From Eukaryota sp. TZLM1-RC (lineage: Eukaryota; Protista; Metamonada: BaSk clade), in assembly GCA_040285825.1 (NCBI GenBank), contig JAUPSS010000002.1, forward strand, positions 1,178,001 to 1,242,000: 64,000 bases of DNA, in the 5' to 3' direction. The notes below the pieces were generated by a model that was not told the DNA's origin, did not search any database, and saw only the letters and a list, made by a program, of their open reading frames with translations. Below are positions 38,768-48,827 of the stretch, one piece after another. The stretch's first letter is position 1. Each line of letters starts with the position of its first letter. Made by a program: the position numbers and the translations under genes.

Positions 38768-38789
38768 TATATCGAATGAATATCACCAA

Positions 38790-39945
38790 CACTAATATAA
38801 ACTTCTCAGCACCAAGGGTTACTATACACTAAACACCTTGGAAATACGTTGATGAAAACAGCTACCGCTGTCTCCTTAGACGTCTTACACGCCTTGGTCT
38901 TCGGAATGGTTCTGGCCTAGCACCAGTGAAATACTCACTGTTTGCAATCTTCAGCTGATTTCTGGAGGCTGAGATGTCCCTAAACTAGTTTGTCTGACAT
39001 CGAGGGCAATCGAACTAAGCGTTATTTACCCTTCCGTCATCATGATATATCTTTCTGTGGAAGACCTTTCAGCAATTCACTTTTGCTGAGGTCATAAACT
39101 CGTCCCCCACTTCACGTTTTCAAAGTGTTTTTGGATTCATTTGAGAAAGTTCTTTCTGGGGAATTCACAGCTTGACGAGAAGGACCACCGCCACCATTGC
39201 CGAACCAAACTATAGTGTTTCTTCCTTCAGACAAGCGTTTAATTTTGTTAATAAAGCTAGTTAGTCTCTTTTGTCTTCGTATGAAAAAATCAAACTTATC
39301 TCTTCTAAGTTTTTTTCTTGCACCAAGCAGGTTTCTACACATAATTGAAGAATATTTAGACATTCCTCAGATTCAGAAACATAAGGTAAACTTATTTCAA
39401 TCAGATACTCTTGGAAGCTCTGAGCGGAATAAGCATTATGAGTTACATGAGTGAGAGGAGGAGGGTGATTTGATTTTCGTTCTTTTGGGTTTTTTTGGGC
39501 AGAATTTCGGAAAGAACCAATAGTCTACCACAAATGGCTAACAAAAAACAAATTTTCATCAGGATGTCGATAATTGGGCTGTTCATTCACTGGTAACCGT
39601 GGTCTTTGATGTGGATTAGCTTTTCTATGTACATTATATTTTCTTTTCGTTTCAGAGTTATGAAAATCATAATTTCCAGAGACACGTCTCGACTCAAGTT
39701 CCGCTTTAGTAGGACGATTACATTTTCTTCGCTTTCTGAGTGCACATGAACCGCAAAGAATCACCATTTGGAAAAATGGTGCAGTGAATAGATTTAGATT
39801 AATCAAGAAACCAATAACGATTGTTCAGCAGTTCTTTGGTTTCATTTAGCTTTGTGAAATAACATTCGGCTTTGAATCCAAATTGTAGAAGCCTGGAGAC
39901 CAACGGGATAAAGGCGAGAGAACGTCCCTTTCTGTAACCTCAGGG
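38790..39945 (-). pseudogene. Fanzor/TnpB-like element F, degenerate
   Basis: IVWFGNG, VGDEFMTSAK (RuvC-II), CPRC, RDISASRN (RuvC-III); hairpins downstream at 38810-38870. Confidence 0.75.
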
Positions 39946-40145
39946 CAGTGACACTGGGCGCAGTTCTTGTGCCCAGTGCTCATGTAATTTTATATAATCT
40001 AATATATATTATAATTTTATATTTATAGTATTCATATTTTTTTTCTTCCTTCCTCTACATAAAACCGTTTAACTTAAAACCTGGCTGAACTGCGATCATT
40101 GCTTCTATTCTTTCTTGTTGATGCCTGAATCAGTTTCTGATTCTA

Positions 40146-43100
40146 ATGGAGTCAAAAGAAAGAACGACAGACAACAAGATGCTCAAAACGTCCTTTCCAC
40201 CTCTCCTCCTCAACCTCTTCTCTCTTCATTTTTGGACAAAAAAAATTTCTGATCAAGAATTTTTAGGAAATCACGATGAAAACAAAGTTTGTTCAAAAAC
40301 GAAGCCACGTCCCTACAGATGCTCAAAGTGTCAACAACAAGGACATAATGCTCCAACATGCCCCAATGTTGGAAAAAATGATGTGACAAATTCTGAAGCA
40401 AAATGTAAAAGAAAATTTATTAGAAGAAAGGATTCTAAGGTAGAACCAATAAATGATTCTCCACAAGTTGTTGCAAAACCAGTTAGCAATCGATTGAAGC
40501 ACAAAACTTGCAACAATTGTGGTATTTCTTTTAGAAAAAATGCAAAAGGAAAAACTTCTGATCGATGCTTGAAATGCCGCATAGTTGATAACTACCATCC
40601 TTCAATAAAAATACCTCAAGAAATTCATCGGACAAAATGCAATGAATTTGCTTTCGTTTTTAAAAGATTTTTGGATCAATTATGTTAAGGAAAGTATGCT
40701 ATCAATATTCTTTGGGAATTTTTTGGTTCTTTTTGTCCTCCTTTTGAACAAAATTTCGTAAATAATTCCGAAGATTTAACTAATATAGCACCGAGAAATC
40801 AGTCATTCGAGAAATTAAGTAAAATTTTTGAAGACAAATGCTTTGACAACAAATGGTCCAAGGCTTTGTCAGCTTTAAGCCCTGGAGTTAAAGCACCCAA
40901 CAATGAAAATACAATAGATAACCCAAAAATACTTCATCCTTATGAAGACCCTATAATGGATCAAAATTTTTACGGCACTTACTGAGAAAATTATCCATTG
41001 TTGTCATCAGAAGTGGTTTTGGTGATAAAAAAGAGACCACGCGGTAAGTCTGCTGGACTTTCTGGTATTACTATTGATCATGTAAAAGACGCAATTATTT
41101 CTTTAGAGGATTGTCTTGGTTTATTAACCAAATTTTTGAACAAAATATTGAATGGTCAACTCAGATATCCAGATGAATTGAGAAGTTCTCGTTTGACTGC
41201 ACTTGTCAAAAATTCAAAAATGCATGCTCGTCCAATTGCAGTCTCTGAGAGCCTAAAAATTATTTTTTCAGCATGTTGCTTAAGCAGGTTCAATGAAAAA
41301 GCTAAAAAGATTTTATTACCCTTTCAATATGGAATTAATACCACTGATGGAGTCTCTTCAGCGATATTTGCTACTCATGTATTATTTCGTCAAAATGAAT
41401 CCAATGTTTGTATGTCATTGGATTTTAGTAATGCATTCAATTCACTCAGTCGTCGCAGTATCCATGGTGCTCTATTGCAATATATGCCAGAATTAATGCC
41501 GTATTTTCAATCAACATATAGCACATGTTCTAATTTACATTTTGGTGATAGCATTTTGAGTTCATCAAGTGGGGTTCAGCAAGGAGATCCGTTAGGACCT
41601 CTTTTGTTTTGTTTGGCCATTCATCCAATTTTATTGCAAATTCAAGAGATGTTACCTTCGCTAAAATTGATGGCATATATGGATGATGTTGTGCTTATTG
41701 GTGATTTAAATATTGTGAAACAAGCAACTGTATGTTGCCAGTAGATTCCTTTTTAGAACCGCTGTTATCAAAATTAATTCTTGATGATCCCAATATTGAT
41801 AGTACGCGTTACAACAGAGCTTCTATGGGTCTGACTAGAGGTGATCTAGTTGTTCCTCGTTTAAATGGTAGTTTTACTATTTTGGACGCCATGTCTATTG
41901 ACCCTTGAAATTCCTCTAAGGAACATCTCATTAACTCGGATGTAAATAATCCTCTTCTTGCAGGCGAAAAATATAAAATTGCTAAATATGCGAAACCCAT
42001 TTCCTCGGTTAATGAAAATTCTCATGCCCAATATAATTTATGTCCATTTGTTTTTTCTTTGCTTGGATCTCTAGGTAAGGCTGCTATGGCTTTCCTTGAG
42101 GATTTTGTTGTAGTTGTAAAGGAAAGAACTGGAAGAATTTTCAATCGTGTTTACTGGCAAAACAGGATTGTATTTTCTGTTTTTAAGGGAATGGTAAAAC
42201 TAATTTCTGAATCTTTAGCAATTAATTGTTTTGATGTAGGGGAGGCAGGTTTTGAGGATGTGGAGTTTTATTTGTGTATTTCATATTTGTTGTTGAATAA
42301 ATGATTTTGAAAAAGCAACTGTATGTTTCAAAGAATGATTTACCAAAATTGGTCTCCGACTTAATTTACTTAAATGTGTTTTGTTATCGAATTCTCCAGT
42401 TTCCACAATAGTTGATGTTATTGAAATTCAAGCCAAATTATATTCAATTGATGCTATTCGCCATTTGGGTTCATTTTTAGGAAACAATAGTGAAATAATC
42501 AAAAAATAGTTTGAAAAGTTGAACTCAATTTCTGACAAAATTGGCCGAATAATGAATTTAGATATACAAAAACACATCAAATTTACCATTATAAGACTAT
42601 GTTTTAGTTCCAATTATAATCATATATTTCGATCTACAAATCCTCTCGTCACTAGACCTTTGGCTCAGAAGTTTAATGAATTACGTGCAAAAGTTCTGTC
42701 TCAATTACTGGGATGTAAAATGTTTCAAATTCCAGATCATGCTTACCTTAGTCCACATTATGGCGGTTTAGGGCGGACGAAGGCTTCTATTCTTACCTCG
42801 TGTGCTTTTGTTGGTGGATGCAGAAATGCAATCTTTGAGTTTTCCGAAAGATTTGCAGATTGGGAAGATTTATTGATGACAACGCAAAGTCCCACTGTTT
42901 TTGCATTAAATGAAGAAATTTCAAAAATTGATGTAGAAAAATGGGGTCGACGTTTTCCCCAATCATTCAATGACAATATTCCAGAAAACAATGTTTTAAA
43001 TCTGAAATACACTCTTCGAACATTAGAGAAACGATTGACTGGAATGCATGAAAAAGATCTTTATAATAATATATGCAGCTCGGCTGTTTTAAATCAAGAT

Positions 43101-43905
43101 CTTCACTCATTGTTATTGGAAAAGGGTGTTTGTGAAAACAAGGCATCAGATTCTTCACTTTTTGTAACCATTGTACCACGAAGATTTGGATTGTGTGCCA
43201 CTAATGAAGCATTTATAACAAAACTGAGATTATATTTGAATATCCCCATTAATCAATTATTATCTAAAGAAAAATGTATTTGTTCGAATTCACCTCAACT
43301 CACTTTGCGCCATGCTCTGAATTGCTCTAAATTCATAACTTATCGTTCTTCATTACATGATGCTGTTAGAGACACTGTTTTCAATATGGCACAAACTGCA
43401 GGAATATCGTGTATCAAAGAGCCCCTGCTGAAGGAAACACTTTCTCTGAATAGTTTTGGTTCTGATGATAGAGGTGATCTATACTGTGATTGGATTGATA
43501 ATTCTGAAGCTATTGTTGACTTTGTATCATGTAATGTTGCAAATGATACTTTGGTTCACAGAAAAAAACTTAATCCTGTGGCTGCTCTGGATTTTAAAGC
43601 AAAAGAGAAACATAGAAAATATGATAAAGATATTGAAGAGGCTAATGTCGATAGAAATACACAGCTGGTTTTATTGCTTTCCAATTTTCGATAAATGGAA
43701 GATTATCAGATGAAGCAGAAACTTTGTTGAATAACTTCCAGAAAATGGTGCAAGAAAAAACAATGAGAAGATTTGATATTTATTTATGGCGTTCACGAAT
43801 TCAATTTGCCATTATTAATAGATTACCTCGGTTTTTCAATCGAATCAGAGAAGCTTTAGCTAGACAGCAAGCAGATCAAAATTTTGTAGAGGAAATTCAA
43901 TAAAT
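40146..43905 (+). mobile_element. Near full-length CRE-like non-LTR retrotransposon (subfamily X), disrupted
   Basis: CSKCQQQGHNAPTC knuckle, CNNC..CLKC, RT (RPIAVSE, LDFSNAFNSL, QQGDPLGPLLF, YMDD, GLRLN..KC), GGLG, CIC..HALNC, RLE; several stops and frameshifts. Confidence 0.92.
41737..42305 (+). mobile_element. Nested 5'-truncated RLE element (subfamily U) inside the RT
   Basis: RGDLVVP..D..KIAKY..PFVFSLLG; flanked by direct repeat AAGCAACTGTATGTT (41722-41736, 42313-42327). Confidence 0.85.
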
Positions 43906-44207
43906 AAAGAGAAAATTATTCATATAATTGGGCAGATATTGGTGGTGGTTAACAAATATGTTCAAAACGAAACTGTAAATACAGCTTTAAGCAACAAGTG
44001 ATTTGAATACGTAACTGTTGAAATTTTAAAGCAGTTTCTCTCAATTTGAGTATCTATTTGAATGTTTAACCATTGAATTGACGGTTGCTCGAATGGTTTC
44101 ATAAGATGATAAAATGTATTTGTCTTTCTGTAACATGACGAAAAGTTTCAGACAAAGGATACAATCATGAAGCCCATATTGAATCGAATTTTAGCACCAT
44201 GGCTGAT

Positions 44208-44790
44208 TCAACGCCTGATTCTCTTTCTGGGACCAGGATTTGCTTCAACATCTTCATCCATTGTTACATCAACAGTATATGGGTTTGTTGATAGAAGATG
44301 TTGGCAGCTACTGGATTGAAAAGATAAATAATAGACATAATAATCAAACTCAACATTATCAAAATAACAATTTAAGACACAACATCCCATATCTAAAGTG
44401 CAAGAATCTAAATTGCAAAAATGAACAAACTCATAAACATCAAAACAACAATGTAAAACAAAACATATACAAAAGAAACATCCCACATCTACAGTACAAG
44501 TACGTAAACCACAAAAAACAACAAACTCAAAAACATCAAGACAACAATTCAAAACAAAACATAAACAAGAAAAACATCCCATATTCAAAGTACAAGTACC
44601 TAAACCAAAACAATCAACAAAATCAAGAACAACAATGTAACAACAATGTAAAATAAAACACAAAGAAGAACAACCTCCCGTATTTACAATAATAAAAGCT
44701 AAACCACAAAAAACAACAACTCAATAACATCAAAATAGCAATTCAAAACAAAACACAAAGGAGAACATCCCATATCCAAAGTGATTAGCA
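44208..44790 (-). other. ~96-bp tandem repeat (4-5 units) encoding hydrophobic/Cys-rich sequence, ending in a 2A motif
   Basis: CATCCC(A/G)(T/C)AT-like anchors at ~44383, 44480, 44575, 44674 and 44767; DVEANPGP at 44229-44252. Confidence 0.7.
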
Positions 44791-44819
44791 CCATTATTGA
44801 TTCAACAGCACCCATATCA

Positions 44820-45330
44820 TGACTCACATGATGACTGAAAACAGAACGATGATTCCGATAAGAAATCGAGGCTCTGACCTTCCGTCTATTTCTGTAAATC
44901 AGGATGACTGTTCCCGACTGAGGAGTTCGGGAGGAAGTACTCTTCTGTTCTTTGAAGAACAGGTTGAAGAGGAGGTGGGAACTGAATCCGTAACCTCGTT
45001 ATCCTTTTTCTCGTCTAGCTGCATGATGTTAGAAGAATGGGAGGAGTCAAGATAATCTCGCTGTCTGACACGATGTCTGACATGCTGATTGCAATTTCAA
45101 ATTGATTGCAAATTTTCACAATGATATCAAATGCCTATCGACTGTATCTCTATATGTGGTCATCAACATCAGCTCGATTTACCCTCTAGCTCTTCTGGTC
45201 GTTGTTACTCCGTCTAAACTCTATGTTTTTTTAGTTTCCTTCTCCTTCCTTTACATCTTGTCCTCTTCCCATTCAGCTATCTCAACAATTCTCCCTTCCT
45301 CTCTTCCTTTCTGTTCCGACGGGACCTATT
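44820..45330 (-). mobile_element. Possible gypsy gag 5' end/LTR remnant
   Basis: cagcATGTCAGACATC start and MQ..NEVTDSVPTSSS resemble the gag start at 5779 (MQ..NEATDPDPTSPS); AGAAGAGCTAGA is shared with 60494. Confidence 0.4.
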
Positions 45331-45668
45331 ACCAATGGAACGATTGTTTCCTTTGTTTTGTCATTTGTTCTGAGAATTGCGTTGCAAGCTTGGTAGTCGA
45401 AATAAGCACTACATGTCACTGTTTGAATTGGTGTTTTCTGAGGAAAATAATTCAAACACATACAAATTCATATTTGGGGTCTGATAAATATTTAGTAAAA
45501 TTTGATATATCTCTAGTTGATGGTTTTTCAGTTGTTATGTTTTTTACCTCTATTAATATTTGATGATTATTATAATTCATCTCAATAACAGAAATAGAAT
45601 TCTTCTTAAGAATTAATTTGATCAAATCCCATTTGTTCAAACATCTTACAAACAGCACTCTCTCCAAC

Positions 45669-46031
45669 ATGGATCGTATATGTGACGAAGATCTACTATT
45701 TGTTTTGATTCTTGACAGTGACTGTCCTATCTCACAGTCGTCATTAACACATTTCGTTGCTTTTCAACAAACAGATCATCTATTTAGTCGTAAATCGATT
45801 GCAATTGACTATAAAGAGGCGGAAGAGTTTTGCAACAAACACGGAGTTTTTGCTTTGCCCACTTTGATGGTGTTTAAGTTAGGAGAACCTTTGGTTTTTC
45901 TTGACCGAACAGAAGTTCCTAGTCGCTTGTACTCTGGACCTATTTCAGAGCAGATATTGAAGGAAATAACTACAACAATGTCATTTATTCTGTCTAATCT
46001 CGAAGACTATCATTGTATCCGAATGGAGTAG
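45669..46031 (+). CDS. Thioredoxin-fold protein without CxxC
   Basis: AIDYKEAEEFCNKHGVFALPTLMVFKLG..YSG thioredoxin C-terminal pattern. Confidence 0.7.
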   Translation: MDRICDEDLLFVLILDSDCPISQSSLTHFVAFQQTDHLFSRKSIAIDYKEAEEFCNKHGVFALPTLMVFKLGEPLVFLDRTEVPSRLYSGPISEQILKEITTTMSFILSNLEDYHCIRME

Positions 46032-46050
46032 AATGTACATAATAAACTAA

Positions 46051-46266
46051 CTAATTGAATTGAGGAAAATCAGAACCACCAAAAGCAATCACTTTCGTGC
46101 CTTGTTGTGCAGTACTAGAGACAAATGATCCACAAGAGTTGCGAGATGGACAACTGGCACATTTCGATACCGACCCATTACATGAAGGAGCTTGGCTTGA
46201 AGTAGTAGCTGATGGACAGTTGTTGCGAGAAGGGCAACTGGAACAATTTTGAGGGTTGCAATTCAT
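46051..46266 (-). CDS. 71-aa Cys-motif mini-protein (putative metal/Fe-S binder)
   Basis: ATG 46266; two repeats CNPQNCSSCPSRNNC and CNGSVSKCASCPSRNSC; convergent with the thioredoxin-fold gene, stops 19 bp apart. Confidence 0.6.
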   Translation of the reverse strand: MNCNPQNCSSCPSRNNCPSATTSSQAPSCNGSVSKCASCPSRNSCGSFVSSTAQQGTKVIAFGGSDFPQFN

Positions 46267-46334
46267 TGGACAAACTGAGTTTTTGAACAAGCAGAGTTTT
46301 TGGAGTTGCTAAAAAGTTCGAAAAGTGTCAATCA

Positions 46335-47505
46335 TCCTCATCTCCCTTATTTGATAACAATGAGTGAAGATCTTGACCTAGAACAGTCAAGCTGCATATA
46401 CCTTCAAAAGGATCATCTTCATACAATTGGGTTAAACCTTTCGGCCAATCAGTCATCAAATTCTTCGTTGTTTGTGACCATGTTACCATGAAGACTTGGA
46501 CTGTGTGCAACTAATGAAGCGTTTATACCAAAAATGAGATTATATTTGAATATCCCCTTTAATCAATTTATATCAAAAGAAAAATGTATTTGTTCGAATT
46601 CACCACAGCTGATTTTGCGTCATGCTCTGAATTGTTCAAAACTGATAACTTATCGTTCTTCATTACATGATGCTGTAGAGACCAACTATATGCTATGTGC
46701 AAAAGTCATCACATTGAAGCTTTTGTTGAACCTATTGTGCGTATTTTGTCAACTGAAAATGAAGATGAAAATACTTTTGGGAAACGCCGTGCTGATTTAG
46801 TTACACCAGAGTCTGATGGTGTGATAAAAGTTGTTGATTTCGTCACTGTTGATGTTTGTAAGGATTCAGCAATTGAATTTGCTAAAAAAGATGAAACTTC
46901 ACTTAACTTTGCTGAAAAGTGCAAAATCAAAAGGTACAACGAACCCTTATCTCAGCTAGGAAGTGTTGAGCATGTAAAGTATCAGCTGGTTCCGTTTGTT
47001 GTTTCACTTTTTGGTAACTTTGAAATATCTGACATTAAATATCTCGGTTTCAGAAGTTTAATCAAAGAAAGAGCAGGAAAAGAATTAAACTTCAATTTAT
47101 GGCACAATAGAATTGTTTTCAGTATTCTTAAAGCAATTCCCGAAATGATAACCAAATCACTGTTACAATTAGGAATAGAGTGTGAGAATCGCGCATTGAA
47201 GAGGATTGTTGATCTTGATGCGTGTATTGAGGATATTGAGTTCTAGTTTTTTGTTGAGTTGTTTTGTATGCGTTTCAAAATAAAAAAATTCCAAAAAAAT
47301 GATTCAAGAAAAAACAATGAAAAGATTTGATATCTTTTTATGGCGCTCTCGAATTCAATTTGCCATTGTTAATGGATTAACTCGATTTTTCAATAGAATC
47401 AAAGAAGCTTTAGCTAGACAGCAAGCAGATCAAGGTTTTGTAGAGGAGTTCAATGAATTTCGTCCCATTAGTTATGAGTTTATCTAGTTAAGTGTGGAAG
47501 TTTAA
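46335..47505 (+). mobile_element. Composite RLE element: inverted X segment, X, subfamily Y RLE (46682-47280), X tail
   Basis: Comparison with 43040-43900; Y ORF KRRADLV..VDFVTVD..KIKRY. Confidence 0.8.
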
Positions 47506-48469
47506 TAAAAGTTCATAAACCTTTCGGCAATGTTTGAAGAGTCTTTATTAAGTATTACTACATGTCTCTTCATTATAACTTACAATTGATTTTTTTCCTT
47601 TTTGGTAAGTCGAATGTGGAAATTTCTTTATTTAATGCCAAAACAGTTCAGTTTTTGGGTAATTTGCATCCTATTAATTTTGACAGTCTCTATGCTCGCA
47701 ATTCATCACACTTCCGGGGCAGGTGTTCAGCGATAAGAAGACATGGACCACGGAAATTGATTAAGAGAGCAATGAAACACAGTTTACCTTCTGTAAATTT
47801 GATAATAACTAAAAACAATAAGTAAACTGTCCGATTTACACTCAATGATTATTACATTCCTTTTGGTCTACATTAGTAAAGAACAAGTGAGGAGCTACTC
47901 TATTATACGTTTGGAGCACTGATGCAACCCTTTCTCAATAGATGCGACATTCAATGTTTTGACAACACAGCAGTGTATAACACGGGGTTACTTTCTCATG
48001 TCATTTCTATATTTCAAATTTGTTGGACTTCTGGTATTCTAATTTGACACTCGAAAGCACCACCATCATATTATTTCGTTTTCGTGCAAACGAAAGTGAA
48101 AAATCAGTTTTAACTTCCTTTGTCGCTTGGTTCTGTCCTAGAAATCGTCCTCATCGATTTTATTTAACATTAGATTTATTTGCAATGTATTTGGCTTTGA
48201 CACTTAGGTATTGCTTAACCTAAAATGCTTGCATTCATGAACCTTCACTACATTTAGAACATTCATCAAGAAATGAATAAAAGTACAAACATTCATTATT
48301 TTAAACAAAAGAAGATTGTGTAAATCATCCTCACTAATCCACTATTTGATTGATTTCCATGATTTCCACGTTCAGAATAATATTGGAACCTGAACTGAAA
48401 CGAACCTAGCAAGACTATACTGAACTGAACATGAACCGGTACAATACAAAATGAGTCATTTTTTATGAA

Positions 48470-48815
48470 CCAGTTGCTGTTGTTTCAATTCCGAGAAAGC
48501 GGAGAAAACAGTTTAAACATTCCGATGGTACAGAAATCCTAGGCCATGGAAGAGGCACGAGATGTCTATTCGTCACGGGCTAACCATGTGTAAATCAAAA
48601 GAAAGTTTGTGAAACAGAGAACGAAATGCTTCGCTGAATATGTTGGCAGTGATGGAAGCACATGTAAATGGTGGAGATAGAATGGAATACCTACAGAGAG
48701 CCAAGGTTGATGAAGGTTCAAAGAAAATGGTATCAAAGAGAAAATCTTCCACTTCTCAAAAACTCAGTCCCTCAACATCGGTGTAAAAAGGACACTTATT
48801 TCGTTGTTTTAGTCA
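48470..48815 (+). mobile_element. Fanzor C-family 3' fragment and right end (copy D)
   Basis: Near-identical to 27222-27567. Confidence 0.85.
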
Positions 48816-48827
48816 ACTTCCATAAGA

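Noticed and set aside
44330-44790. CRISPR-like array
   Set aside because: Whole ~96-bp units are degenerate copies with no unique spacers; eukaryotic context and no cas genes.
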